DNA of 55,396 nucleotides from a virus (Duplodnaviria; Heunggongvirae; Uroviricota; Caudoviricetes): IMG/VR virus record IMGVR_UViG_2721755728_000002; one strand, 5' to 3'. Shown piece by piece: positions 19,231 to 29,930 of this stretch (position 1 is its first letter; each line of letters starts with the position of its first letter). The notes under the pieces were generated by a model. It saw only the letters and a program-made list of their open reading frames with translations, ran no database searches and was not told where the DNA came from. The position numbers and the translations under genes were made by a program.

Positions 19231-19444
19231 TGGGTAAAAAATGCCCGAATGGGTTCGGGCAATAGCATGAGATACTGATATTGTTGTGTTGTTATCGTGT
19301 GGATTTTAACCAGGGTTTATCAGGCTGCGCAACTGCGTGGCCTTTTTTCATTTCTTGGGCTGTAGTCCCCGTGTGTCATTCAGGCTTCCGGACTACAGCC
19401 CACTCCATATCTGATTTAATACACTATCCCGGCCGGGAGGAATA

Positions 19445-21294
19445 ATGACATTTAAACATTATGATGTTGTCAGGGCGGCGTCGCCGTCAGACCTTGCGGA
19501 AAAGCTGACACACAAACTGAAAGAGGGCTGGCAGCCGTTTGGTAGTCCGGTGGCCATAACCCCTTATACCCTGATGCAGGCGATTACAGCAGAAGGTGAT
19601 GTGGTGGTCAGTGGTGCAACTGAGCCGGATTGGTACTACGTCATCGTACTGGCCGGGCAGTCCAATGCCATGGCTTACGGTGAAGGGCTTCCGCTGCCGG
19701 ATTCATACGATGCTCCGGATCCGCGCATTAAACAGCTGGCGCGCCGCAGTACAGTGACGCCGGGTGGGGCTGCCTGCAGATATAACGATATTATTCCGGC
19801 CGACCACTGCCTGCATGATGTGCAGGATATGAGTACGCTGAATCATCCGAAGGCAGACCTGAGCAAAGGGCAGTACGGCTGTGTCGGCCAGGGCTTACAT
19901 ATTGCCAAAAAACTGCTTCCGTATATCCCGAATAACGCGGGGATCCTGCTGGTACCATGCTGTCGTGGTGGTTCGGCATTCACCCAGGGCGCGGAGGGGA
20001 CATTCAGTGCGGACACGGGGGCCAGCCAGGATTCGGTACGCTGGGGTGTGGGTAAACCGTTATATCAGGACCTGATTGCGCGCACTAAAGCTGCATTACA
20101 GAAGAACCCGAAAAATGTGTTGCTGGCGGTGTGCTGGATGCAGGGAAGTTTGACATGAGCGCCGCCACCCACGCACAGCAACCTGCGCTGTTTACAGCCA
20201 TGCTGACACAGTTTCGTGCTGACCTCTCCGTGTTTAACGCGCAGTGCCATGGTGGCAGTGCTGCAGATGTGCCGTGGATTTGTGGTGACACGACGTATTA
20301 CTGGAAAAATACATACGCTACCCAGTACGACACCGTGTACGGCGGGTATAAAAACAGGGAGAGTGAGGGCGTTTATTTTGTGCCCTTCATGACAGACGGT
20401 AACGGCGTCAATACCGCCACTAACGCGCCGGCAGAAGATCCGGATATTCCGGCATCAGGATATTACGGTGCGGCATCGAGAACGAATGGAAACCAGGTAT
20501 CATCAAACCGCCCGACACATTTCAGTTCATGGGCGCGCAGGAGCATTATTCCGGATCGTCTGGCAACCGCTATTCTGAACGCAGCCGGGCGCACCTCAGC
20601 CTTCATCAGTGGTAAGGCACCGGAAATCAAACCCTCGCCCGGCGGCAACACGCCATCGGGTCCGTCTGCAGATACGTCCGTTCGCACAATCTCCCTGCTG
20701 CCGGCAGCCGGAGAGGCTGCTGCGCAGGGCTGGAGCATTAAGGATGGCGGAATTCAGTTGTCAGATGGTGTATTTAAGATCACCAAGCAGAGCAATAAAA
20801 CCTGGTCCCTGACGCATCCGGTGGATGACGCAATTACCCTGCTGACACAGGGCGGCAGACTGACCTGTAAGTTCCGCCTGTCAGGCGCACTGACCAACAA
20901 TCAGTTCGGGCTGGGGATTTATCTGTATACGGATGCTCCCGTTCCTGATGGTGTGGCGATGACGGGTACCGGTAATCCGTTCCTGATGTCGTACTTCACT
21001 CAGACCACTGACGGCAGAGTGAATCTGATGCATCACAGGAAAGCCGGAAACACGAAGCTGGGGGAGTTCGGCGATTACGGTAACGACTGGCAGACGCTGG
21101 AGCTGGTGTTCACCGCCGGCAGTGCCACGGTTACTCCGAAACTGAATGGAGTGGCTGGCCCGGCATTCCAGGTTATAAAAGACAGTCTGACACTGGGACT
21201 GAATGCGCTGACGCTGACGGATGTTACAAAAAATGCAGCGTATGGCGTTGAGATAGAAAGTCTGGTGCTGGAGATAAATGCACCGGCAGCATAA
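19445..21294 (+). pseudogene. nanS-p-like sialate O-acetylesterase (SGNH hydrolase), split by a frameshift
   Basis: N-terminal ORF 19445-20158 (GQSN motif) and C-terminal ORF 20131-21294 in another frame; overlap at 20131-20158 consistent with a 1-bp change in a G-run. Confidence 0.6.
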
Positions 21295-21584
21295 TAAAAA
21301 AAGCCAGCGCCCACTCTGAAGGACGCTGGCTAAAACGGGTAGATGTACTTCACATGATACTTATATTTGGCAGTACATTTTCTGACAGACAGTGACGGAT
21401 GTTGTCAAGATATTGTGTCATTTATAACCTGAACCAGGGGGGGCGGAATGTTATCTGGCATTTTTAGCAGAGCCTGAATGCCATAATCACGGCTCCCGGA
21501 GTTGGCCGTCAGTGGGTGACACTGGCGGCTTTTTGTTTTCCTTTACTTTCATTTTCTGTCGGCGGTGACGGAGACATACATCAG

Positions 21585-21791
21585 ATGGAAAAAATCACAA
21601 CAGGTGTGTCATACACCACGTCAGCGGTAGGGACGGGATACTGGTTACTGCAACTGCTGGACAAAGTCTCTCCGTCCCAGTGGGTGGCAATAGGTGTGCT
21701 GGGGAGTCTGCTGTTTGGCCTGCTGACGTATCTGACTAACCTTTATTTCAAGATTAAAGAAGATAAGCGTAAGGTGGCGCGGGGAGAGTAG
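21585..21791 (+). CDS. S: Holin (phage 21/933W S-type)
   Basis: 68 aa [25 protein letters not shown]... with transmembrane segments. Confidence 0.8.
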   Translation: MEKITTGVSYTTSAVGTGYWLLQLLDKVSPSQWVAIGVLGSLLFGLLTYLTNLYFKIKEDKRKVARGE

Positions 21792-22046
21792 TCGATGAAT
21801 AAACAATACGAACTGGTTGTAAAATGAATATTTCTAACTGAAAAAACGTTCCATGAGGTGAGAAAAGGTCACAGGCAATCAATAACAGGACGTGATGAAA
21901 GACCCTTGCATTTGTGCGCTTTCTCTTTAGATAGCAGCAGATACTGAAAATCTGAGTTGTCGGGGAGTCAGGGATACAGCTGTGCAAGAGTTGGTCATTG
22001 TGATTCCATTGAAATCCTGTATGCCATGAAGGGCAGGATTTTATGG

Positions 22047-22361
22047 CTACCTGAGCTTTGGTGATAGTAAGTTGAAAATTCGCATTTTTTGCTGACATGC
22101 GTAACGAGAATCCCATAAGCAGGGAGGACTTAATTCTTCATTAACCCATGCGTTGATATTATGTTTCAGCCGTTGAAGCATCAGCGGTGTTAATGTTGTG
22201 GTAATAATATCCAGCGTTTTATGTGAGATCTTACCGTAAGGGTCTGCAAGAATGCTGCTTGTTGCTTCGTTATTATCTGCCATCAGAAGAAGTAACTCTG
22301 ATTTAACGTTTTCTGTCATTAGTTGTAAAAATCTTCTGCGCAAACTTTCTTTACTGTTCAT
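22047..22361 (-). CDS. Hypothetical protein on the opposite strand inside the lysis cassette
   Basis: 104 aa ORF in an AT-rich insert between S and R; weak RBS. Confidence 0.35.
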   Translation of the reverse strand: MNSKESLRRRFLQLMTENVKSELLLLMADNNEATSSILADPYGKISHKTLDIITTTLTPLMLQRLKHNINAWVNEELSPPCLWDSRYACQQKMRIFNLLSPKLR

Positions 22362-22478
22362 TTATATGGCTTCATTTGTTGTAATCTGCTGCGTCTCAAG
22401 GGATATGTTTATGAGAGCGACCATGAGTGTTGGATTATATACCTAACATATCAAGGGATTAGAAATCGATAAATCCCC

Positions 22479-23012
22479 ATGAACGAAAAAATAAAATACG
22501 GCCTGTCGGCTGCCGTTCTGGCGCTGATTGGTGCAGGTGCTTCTGCGCCTGAAATCCTCGACCAGTTTCTGGATGAAAAGGAAGGTAACCACACCACGGC
22601 ATACCGTGATGGTGCGGGGATCTGGACCATCTGCCGTGGTGCCATTCTGGTGGATGGTAAGCCTGTTATTCCTGGCATGAAGCTGTCAAAGGAAAAATGC
22701 GACCGGGTTAATGCCATCGAACGTGACAAGGCGCTGGCATGGGTGGAGAAAAACATCAAAGTGCCGCTGACCGAACCCCAGAAAGCGGGGATCGCGTCAT
22801 TCTGTCCGTATAACATTGGCCCCGGTAAGTGTTTCCCGTCGACGTTTTATAAACGAATTAATGCAGGTGATCGAAAAGGTGCCTGCGAAGCGATTCGCTG
22901 GTGGATTAAGGACGGTGGCAGAGACTGCCGTATCCGCTCAAATAATTGCTACGGTCAGGTATCCCGGCGAGATCAGGAAAGTGCGCTGGCGTGCTGGGGT
23001 ATCGACAGATAA
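22479..23012 (+). CDS. R: Endolysin (lysozyme with SAR-type N-terminus)
   Basis: 177 aa; hydrophobic Gly/Ala-rich N-terminus (LSAAVLALIGAGASA) followed by a lysozyme-like domain. Confidence 0.85.
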   Translation: MNEKIKYGLSAAVLALIGAGASAPEILDQFLDEKEGNHTTAYRDGAGIWTICRGAILVDGKPVIPGMKLSKEKCDRVNAIERDKALAWVEKNIKVPLTEPQKAGIASFCPYNIGPGKCFPSTFYKRINAGDRKGACEAIRWWIKDGGRDCRIRSNNCYGQVSRRDQESALACWGIDR

Positions 23013-23102
23013 GCAGAATATTTTGCTTAAAAATGACGTTGGCCAACGCGGGCAGATAACACGAAATCCTGCGAACTGGCAAAACCCAAGTGAATAAAAG
23101 TA

Positions 23103-23135
23103 AAAACCCCGTTTGTTGGTTGCAAACGGGGTTTT
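23103..23135 (+). terminator. Rho-independent terminator-like hairpin
   Basis: aaccccgtttg-ttggttg-caaacggggtt followed by ttatgttt. Confidence 0.5.
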
Positions 23136-23304
23136 ATGTTTATGGCAGTAAGCTATGGGAGGCTGCCTTGATTGATTTTAGCAAACTGATTAGGGAGTTG
23201 CGACTCATGATTAGTCAATTACCAAACTGGAAATTTTTGCTGGTCTGGAGCATCCCTTTTTTATGGGTAGTATCCCAGTGAATTGTGGCAATTAAGGGGT
23301 AGCT

Positions 23305-23436
23305 ATGTCAGACAAACTCATAATGCTGGCGAAGATCCTCTGTGTAATCGTCGGCATTTCATTTTCACTAATGCTGGTTGCTCTTTTTCTTTCCATGGGC
23401 TGGATGATGTTGTCTTCGTCGGGGCTGCTGGGGTGA
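23305..23436 (+). CDS. Small hydrophobic peptide
   Basis: 43 aa; AAGGGG RBS; between R and Rz. Confidence 0.3.
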   Translation: MSDKLIMLAKILCVIVGISFSLMLVALFLSMGWMMLSSSGLLG

Positions 23437-23447
23437 GCATAAACCGA

Positions 23448-23906
23448 ATGCTTTCCGCGTTTACCGTTATTCTGCTGGTGGTCTGTGGTGCGCTTAGTCT
23501 GGGGCTGAATCATTACCGCGATAACGCCATCACCTACAAAGCGCAGCGCGATAAAAAAGCCAGTGAGCTGGATCTGGCAAACGCAACCATTACTGATATG
23601 CAGGTGCGCCAGCGCGATGTTGCTGCGCTCGATGCAAAATACTCGAGGGAATTAGCCGATGCGAGAGCTGAAAATGAAACTCTGCGTGCTGATGTTGCCG
23701 CTGGTCGTAAGCGCCTGCGGATCAACGCCACCTGCCCCGGTACCGTGCGTGAAGCCACCGGCACCTCCGGCGTGGGCAATGATGCCGCCGTCGAACTCTC
23801 TCCGGTTGCTGGACGAAACGTTCTCGGTATCAGAGACGGAATCATCAGCGACCAGGCAGCATTGAGAATGCTTCAGGAATATATCCGCACTCAGTGTATT
23901 AACTAG
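23448..23906 (+). CDS. Rz: Spanin inner-membrane subunit (Rz)
   Basis: Colinear with lambda Rz ([16 protein letters not shown]..., [29 protein letters not shown]). Confidence 0.8.
   Translation: MLSAFTVILLVVCGALSLGLNHYRDNAITYKAQRDKKASELDLANATITDMQVRQRDVAALDAKYSRELADARAENETLRADVAAGRKRLRINATCPGTVREATGTSGVGNDAAVELSPVAGRNVLGIRDGIISDQAALRMLQEYIRTQCIN
23659..23865 (+). CDS. Rz1: Spanin outer-membrane lipoprotein (Rz1), embedded in Rz in the +1 frame
   Basis: Lipobox LVVSAC and Pro-rich sequence [10 protein letters not shown] matching lambda Rz1. Confidence 0.7.
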   Translation: MRELKMKLCVLMLPLVVSACGSTPPAPVPCVKPPAPPAWAMMPPSNSLRLLDETFSVSETESSATRQH

Positions 23907-23929
23907 TATTTTTGTTATTCGGAGAATGC

Positions 23930-24154
23930 ATGAAGAAATTATTGGTAACCGTAAAGCCTTTTCAGGGAACAATTCCGTTCCGTATTTTGCAGCGTGGTCG
24001 TGTTCTTGTTGAAGGTTCGTTCAGTGGTAAATGTACGCAATTACACTCCCGGACCTTTCAGGTGAATGCCACGAATGAAGAGCTAACCGTTGAGTGTACG
24101 ATGAATGCCGCTAAATGCCGCATGGTATCCGCTGCATTACAGCCAGTGTGTTGA
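23930..24154 (+). CDS. Hypothetical small protein
   Basis: 74 aa; GGAGA RBS. Confidence 0.4.
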   Translation: MKKLLVTVKPFQGTIPFRILQRGRVLVEGSFSGKCTQLHSRTFQVNATNEELTVECTMNAAKCRMVSAALQPVC

Positions 24155-24510
24155 GCGACCTTATTATTCATGCGCGGTATTGTCGCCGTATTCCTGCATT
24201 AACAGAGACCGCAGCCCGACCGGGAGAATCCTCTGCGCGAGTGTGCGGGGATAATCAAAAACGATACACACCGGGGTTTACCGCGTTAACGGAGCGCGGC
24301 GTTGTCCCCTCATGGTCGCTGGTCCGGTGCGATGGTGGAAGAAGCCGGATGTTTATCACTATTAATTGATAACACAGAAATGGATTCATTGATTTTCAGC
24401 ACGTTTTTGTATTCGTATTATTGAACATCTGTTTATTTTACTTTTAACATATTGATAATAAAAAGAGCTGTAAATCTTTAGATGAGTCGATTTTGTCCGG
24501 GGAAGTTCAA

Positions 24511-24651
24511 ATGGATTTTATGCTGACGGTTTCTGGTGTGGTTATCCTGTCCATTGCTTATACTGCAGATAAATATGGCTGCCATTTGTTATCACGTATT
24601 GGCGCTTATTGCTCGTTGATGCTGATTTTCTCGTCGCTTTTTTTTGAGTAA
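24511..24651 (+). CDS. Small membrane peptide
   Basis: 46 aa in an AT-rich intergenic region; GGGGAAG RBS. Confidence 0.25.
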   Translation: MDFMLTVSGVVILSIAYTADKYGCHLLSRIGAYCSLMLIFSSLFFE

Positions 24652-24780
24652 GTTATATTAATTATAACAAATAATTTTCTGTGTTTTTTCAGGCTATCCC
24701 GTCAGACGGGAAGCCTGTACTGCCGGGGGACGAATGGAAAACTGATGTGTCCGGTAACTGTGTGTTCTGTGAACACCATG

Positions 24781-24966
24781 TTACTTAATTATGTAATTCA
24801 TACCCGAACGCTCTGTTGACAGCCTTCTTCTGCAGGCTTCAATAACCCACGCTGAAAAGTTACCGGAACCTTTATGTTCAAGGGCGATATTGAGCTGTTC
24901 AATCATGTGATTGGGGAAACGGATATTGCGGATTGTGGTTCTGCGGGTCCGGTTTTTCGATGACAT
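24781..24966 (-). CDS. YlcI-like (DUF3950) small DNA-binding protein
   Basis: 61 aa MSSKNRTRRTTIRNIRFPNHMIEQLN...; sits upstream of the packaging genes. Confidence 0.5.
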   Translation of the reverse strand: MSSKNRTRRTTIRNIRFPNHMIEQLNIALEHKGSGNFSAWVIEACRRRLSTERSGMNYIIK

Positions 24967-25007
24967 TTTCTTTCCTCTGGTGACAAGCTATATGGAGAGG
25001 ATTTTAC

Positions 25008-25373
25008 ATGGCTGTGCTTCGTACGTTACCGGGCAGAATCAAAACTCTGAACACCCGGCGGGTGAATGTCCTGAAGGGTGAACAGCGTCGGGTCAGTGGT
25101 AGTGCCCGGGTTTCCCTCAAGCGTCGTATCTGGCTGAGGGATGCCGGACAGTGCTGTCTCTGTGGGCGTGTGGTTGACCTTTGTGACAGTGAACTTGAGC
25201 ACCGCATTGCACTTCAGTTCGGTGGTGGTAATGAGGAGACGAATCTCTGGACGCTCTGTACCGAATGCCATCGACAAAAGTCTGCTCGTGAAGCGGCGAG
25301 TGGTATGCCAGACCCGACGCTGCCGGAGGTGTCCGGAGGTAGTGGCAGAGCGGACGACATCACCGGACTGTAA
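25008..25373 (+). CDS. HNH endonuclease (terminase-associated)
   Basis: 121 aa; CCLCGR...HRIALQFGG...CTECH motifs. Confidence 0.8.
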   Translation: MAVLRTLPGRIKTLNTRRVNVLKGEQRRVSGSARVSLKRRIWLRDAGQCCLCGRVVDLCDSELEHRIALQFGGGNEETNLWTLCTECHRQKSAREAASGMPDPTLPEVSGGSGRADDITGL

Positions 25374-25465
25374 CCCGACCCGGGGGGGGTATCATCCGGC
25401 GTAAAAAAAGATCGCTTTGGACACCGCCCCCCCTCTCACGCAGAGAAAAAATTCCCGTTTCAGGG

Positions 25466-25592
25466 CAGTTAACATGTTAACTGGCTGTCCGGGCATTTTT
25501 GCGGTTTTTATCTTTATTATTCAGTTTGTTGTGCGGAAAAAATGTTAACTGGCTTTTTCAGCAAATGTTAACCAGGCAGCAGTTAACATTTG
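25466..25592. repeat. GTTAAC-containing repeat cluster (putative cos/terminase-binding region)
   Basis: Five copies within ~130 bp at 25468, 25475, 25543, 25567 and 25583, including palindromic GTTAACATGTTAAC. Confidence 0.45.
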
Positions 25593-25663
25593 CGGCATGA
25601 GACGCCGGGAAAAATGGGCTGAACCATACCCGGCTGAGTGCGTTCTGGACCCGGGAGGAGGCT

Positions 25664-26227
25664 GTGCTGACAACGCAAAAACGAAAATTTGCGCTGGCGC
25701 TCATGTCCGGGAAAAACAAAACAGCGTCAGCCATTGCCGCCGGTTATTCGGCGAAGACCGCCAGGGTTAAAGGCTCGCAGCTGGCAAAAGATCCGGAGGT
25801 GCTTGCGTTTATAGCCCGTAAACAATGCGAGACGGTGGAGGTGGATGAGGTTCCTGTTTACCGGCAGAAAAAATCAGAGCAGGAGGATAAACCCCGTCGC
25901 CGTGAGGCGGCTGCAATACCACAGCCGGACGAAAACAATCCGGAGATGCCACCGTCCGCGGTGATGTCTCCTGGTATTGAATATATGGAGGATGGTCTTC
26001 CCGATCCGGTGAAAGCGATGGGGCGTCTTCTGGTGGAGAACATTAATACCGACCCCAGGCTGGCGCTGGATGCGGCTTATAAGCTGGCGCAGTTCACGCA
26101 CCATAAAAAAGGGGATGCCGGTAAAAAATCGGCAAAAGGTGACGCGGCGAAAAAAGCGGCTAACCGTTTTGCGGTGCCACCACCACCCCGCCTGGTGGTG
26201 AATAATGATAATGAGGGCAACGGATGA
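25664..26227 (+). CDS. Terminase small subunit
   Basis: 187 aa directly upstream of and overlapping the large terminase; GTG start with GGGAGGAGG RBS. Confidence 0.7.
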   Translation: MLTTQKRKFALALMSGKNKTASAIAAGYSAKTARVKGSQLAKDPEVLAFIARKQCETVEVDEVPVYRQKKSEQEDKPRRREAAAIPQPDENNPEMPPSAVMSPGIEYMEDGLPDPVKAMGRLLVENINTDPRLALDAAYKLAQFTHHKKGDAGKKSAKGDAAKKAANRFAVPPPPRLVVNNDNEGNG

Positions 26228-27885
26228 TACCTGTGTGGAGCACGGCCTGCCCGGACTGGGCAGAGCGCCTGAAAAAGGGGCTGTCGATTATTCCGGCTCC
26301 GATTTATCCGGACCAGGCTGCACATGCACTGGCGATTTTTAAACAACTGCGAATTGTGGATGCACCTGGTAGCCCGACATTCGGGGAGTCCTGTGCACCG
26401 TGGGTGTTTGACCTGGTGGCGGCCCTGTTTGGCTCCTACGATGCGCAGACCGGTGTTCGCCATATCAAGGAAGTGTTTATCCTTATCCCCAAGAAAAACT
26501 CGAAGTCCACGCTGGCTGCGGGGATCATGATGACGGCGCTGTTACTGAACTGGCGGCAGGCGGCGGGCTACACCATTCTGGCCCCGACCGTGGAGGTGGC
26601 GGCTAACGCCTTCAACCCTGCCAGGGATATGGTACGACGGGACGATGATCTGGATGACCTCTGTCAGGTGCAGACCCATATCCGGACCATCACCCATCGG
26701 GTGACGGACACCACCCTGAAGGTGGTGGCAGCCGATCCGAATACGGTGTCCGGTATCAAGTCCGTGGGGACACTGATTGATGAACTGTGGCTGTTTGGCA
26801 AGCAGTACAAGGCGGAAGACATGCTACGTGAAGCCATCGGCGGGCTTGCCTCCCGTCCGGAAGGGTTTGTGGTGTATACGACCACCCAGTCGAATGAACC
26901 GCCCGCCGGGGTGTTCAGACAGAAACTGCAGTATGCCCGGGATGTCCGTGACGGCAAAATTCATGATCCGCACTTTCTGCCGGTGATTTTTGAGCATCCT
27001 CCTGAAATGGTGGAAAGCGGGGCTCACCTGCTGATGGAAAACCTCGCCATGGTTAACCCGAATCTCGGTTATTCGGTGGATGAGGCCTTTCTGTACCGGG
27101 AGTACCGTAAAGCCCGGGAGGCTGGTGAGGAAGCATTTCGTGGCTTCATGTCAAAACACGCCAATGTGGAAATCGGTCTTGCCCTGCGTTCTGACCGCTG
27201 GGCGGGCGCGGATTTCTGGGAGCAGCAGGGCAGGCGCGTCAGCCTGGACGATATCCTGCAGCGCGCTGATGTGGTGACGGTGGGGATTGACGGCGGGGGC
27301 CTGGATGATCTGCTGGGAATGTACGTGACTGGCCGTGACAGGGAAACCCGCGAATGGCTGGGCTGGGGCCATGCCTGGGTGCATGAAACCGCGGTGGTCA
27401 GACGGAAGAGTGAGGCATCCCGGTTTCAGGATTTTGTGGCCTGTGGAGACATGACGATTGTCCGTCGGGTCGGGGATGACACGGCGGAAGTGGCGGAGTA
27501 TGTGCGTCGTATTCATGAGGCTGAGTTACTGGATCATATCGGTATTGACCCGTCAGGTGTGGGGCAGATTCTGGATTCACTGGCGGAAGCCGGGATCCCC
27601 GATGAGAGTGTGGTGGGGATAAGCCAGGGCTGGAAGCTGGGCGGGGCCATCAAAACCACCGAGCGCAAACTGGCTGAAGGGGTGCTGATTCACGGTGATC
27701 AGCCCCTGATGGCCTGGTGTGTCGGTAATGCCCGGGTGGAGCCTAAAGGTAACGCCATTCTTATCACCAAACAGGCCAGCGGACGGGGAAAAATTGACCC
27801 GCTGATGGCGCTCTTCAATGCGGTGTCCCTGATGTCCCTGAATCCGGAACCGAAAAAGAAAGCGTATGAGGTTTTTTTCATATAA
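26224..27885 (+). CDS. Terminase large subunit
   Basis: 553 aa with ATPase and nuclease domains (VTVGIDGGG..., IGIDPSGVGQ...). Confidence 0.9.
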   Translation: MIPVWSTACPDWAERLKKGLSIIPAPIYPDQAAHALAIFKQLRIVDAPGSPTFGESCAPWVFDLVAALFGSYDAQTGVRHIKEVFILIPKKNSKSTLAAGIMMTALLLNWRQAAGYTILAPTVEVAANAFNPARDMVRRDDDLDDLCQVQTHIRTITHRVTDTTLKVVAADPNTVSGIKSVGTLIDELWLFGKQYKAEDMLREAIGGLASRPEGFVVYTTTQSNEPPAGVFRQKLQYARDVRDGKIHDPHFLPVIFEHPPEMVESGAHLLMENLAMVNPNLGYSVDEAFLYREYRKAREAGEEAFRGFMSKHANVEIGLALRSDRWAGADFWEQQGRRVSLDDILQRADVVTVGIDGGGLDDLLGMYVTGRDRETREWLGWGHAWVHETAVVRRKSEASRFQDFVACGDMTIVRRVGDDTAEVAEYVRRIHEAELLDHIGIDPSGVGQILDSLAEAGIPDESVVGISQGWKLGGAIKTTERKLAEGVLIHGDQPLMAWCVGNARVEPKGNAILITKQASGRGKIDPLMALFNAVSLMSLNPEPKKKAYEVFFI

Positions 27886-27948
27886 CCCTGCTCACCCTGT
27901 AACCATCATGAACCGCTGCGGCGGTTTTTTTATTTTCAGGAGGCTGAT

Positions 27949-29886
27949 GTGACTCTTAAACGGGCCTGTTCCCTGCTGACGGTGAAATCCTTCAGTGAGG
28001 ATGAACGGGTGATCACCGGGATTGCGTCAACGCCTTCTCCGGATCGGGATGGTGACATCCTGGAGCCGGAGGGGGCGGAGTTTGGCAGTACGATCCCGTT
28101 TCTCTGGCAGCATGACCATTCCCGCCCTGTAGGCCAGTGTACGGTGCGTCGGGTCAGGGAAGGGCTGGAAATCACGGCAAGGCTGGTGAAGCCGGAGCCG
28201 GGGATGCCCTCCCAGATGGCAGCCCGGCTGGATGAGGCCTGGGCTGCCATTAAGACCGGGCTGGTCAGGGGGCTTTCTGTGGGCTTCCGGCCCCATGAAT
28301 ACACTTATCTGGACGGAGGCGGACTGCATTTTCTGCGCTGGGAGCTGATGGAGGTGTCTGCCGTCACCGTGCCCGCGAATGCGGAATGCACCATCCGGAC
28401 CATTAAATATTTCGACCGCCCGTTTTCTGCCGCGTCCGGCAACCGGAAACCGGTGGTGAAAATCGCATCTTCTGCCGGCGCTTCGGCACAGTCAATAACC
28501 TCTTTTCATAAGGAAAAGTCAGCAATGAATACTGGTGAACAGATTAAAAGTTTTGAAAACAAGCGTGCGGCGCTGGCAGCCTCCCTTGAGGAGATCATGA
28601 ACAAAGCCGCAGAGGAAGGCCGCACACTGGATGTGGAAGAGGAAGAGCACTACGACAACACCGCAGCGGAAATCCGTCAGGTGGATGCGCACCTGAAGCG
28701 TCTGCGTGAACTGGAAACCAGTAAGGCCGCCACGGCACAGCCGGTGAAACAGGCCGGTAACGGGAATGTGGCCACGGTGGCTTCAGCGCCGGTGATCCGT
28801 GTTGAGCAGAAACTGGAGAAGGGGATTGGTTTCGCCCGCTTTGCCAAATCACTGGCCGCGGCTAAAGGTGTCCGCTCTGAAGCCCTGGAAGTGGCCCGTC
28901 GTCAGTATCCGGATGACAGCCGTCTGCATCATGTCCTGAAATCGGCGGTGGGGGCAGGGACCACCACGGACCCGCAGTGGGCAGGCAGCCTGTCTGAATA
29001 CCAGGAATATGCGCAGGACTTTATTGATTACCTGCGTCCGCAGACCATTATCGGGCGATTTGGTCAGGGCGGGATCCCTGCACTTCGTCAGGTGCCGTTC
29101 AATATCCGCGTGCATGCCCAGGTGTCCGGTGGTGCTGCCGGCTGGGTGGGTGAGGGTAAGGCCAGACCCCTGACGAAGTTTGATTTTGAATCCATCACCT
29201 TCAGTCATGCGAAAGTGTCGGCCATTGCGGTACTGACGGAAGAATTGATCCGTTTTTCCAGTCCGGCTGCTGATGCACTGGTCCGTAATGCGCTGGCGGA
29301 AGCGGTGGTGGCGCGTCTGGACACAGACTTTGTGGACCCGAAAAAAGCGGCGGTGGCGGATGTCTCCCCGGCGTCCATCACCCATGATGTGAAGGGCACG
29401 GCATCAACCGGTAACCCGGATGCGGATGCCGAGGCCGCGTTTGGCCAGTTTGTGACGGCAAATCTGCAGCCCACCGGTGCGGTCTGGCTGATGTCCAGCA
29501 CGAATGCCCTGGCGCTGTCCATGCGTAAAAATGCGCTGGGGCAGAAGGAATATCCGGACATGACCTTGCTGGGCGGGACCTTCCAGGGGCTGCCGGTGAT
29601 TGTCTCCCAGTATGTGGGTGACCAGCTGGTACTGGTGAATGCACCGGATATTTATCTGGCTGATGACGGCGGTGTGGCGGTGGATATGTCCCGTGAAGCG
29701 TCACTGGAGATGCAGTCTGAACCGACCAGCGACAGCAGCACACCGTCACCGGTGGAACTGGTCTCCATGTTTCAGACCGGCAGCGTGGCCATCCGTGCGG
29801 AGCGCTGGATCAACTGGCGTCGTCGCCGTACCGCGGCAGTGGCGGTGATCACCGGTGTGAACTACGGAACTGCGTCCGGTGGCTGA
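27949..29886 (+). CDS. Prohead protease fused to major capsid protein (HK97 type)
   Basis: 645 aa; N-terminal ~180 aa protease-like, central coiled-coil segment, C-terminal ~340 aa capsid-like. Confidence 0.7.
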   Translation: MTLKRACSLLTVKSFSEDERVITGIASTPSPDRDGDILEPEGAEFGSTIPFLWQHDHSRPVGQCTVRRVREGLEITARLVKPEPGMPSQMAARLDEAWAAIKTGLVRGLSVGFRPHEYTYLDGGGLHFLRWELMEVSAVTVPANAECTIRTIKYFDRPFSAASGNRKPVVKIASSAGASAQSITSFHKEKSAMNTGEQIKSFENKRAALAASLEEIMNKAAEEGRTLDVEEEEHYDNTAAEIRQVDAHLKRLRELETSKAATAQPVKQAGNGNVATVASAPVIRVEQKLEKGIGFARFAKSLAAAKGVRSEALEVARRQYPDDSRLHHVLKSAVGAGTTTDPQWAGSLSEYQEYAQDFIDYLRPQTIIGRFGQGGIPALRQVPFNIRVHAQVSGGAAGWVGEGKARPLTKFDFESITFSHAKVSAIAVLTEELIRFSSPAADALVRNALAEAVVARLDTDFVDPKKAAVADVSPASITHDVKGTASTGNPDADAEAAFGQFVTANLQPTGAVWLMSSTNALALSMRKNALGQKEYPDMTLLGGTFQGLPVIVSQYVGDQLVLVNAPDIYLADDGGVAVDMSREASLEMQSEPTSDSSTPSPVELVSMFQTGSVAIRAERWINWRRRRTAAVAVITGVNYGTASGG

Positions 29887-29930
29887 GTCTGATGAGGAGG
29901 GCGGGAGGCGCGAGCTTCCCGTAACAGGTT

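Noticed and set aside
18300-19445. Search for stxA/stxB between the tRNAs and the nanS-p-like gene
   Set aside because: No ORF with Shiga toxin A or B subunit features is present; the slot holds the TerB-like cassette instead.
24115-24369. 84-aa plus-strand ORF
   Set aside because: Overlaps the end of the preceding small gene in another frame, has no RBS and an unusual Arg/Cys-rich composition; likely non-coding.
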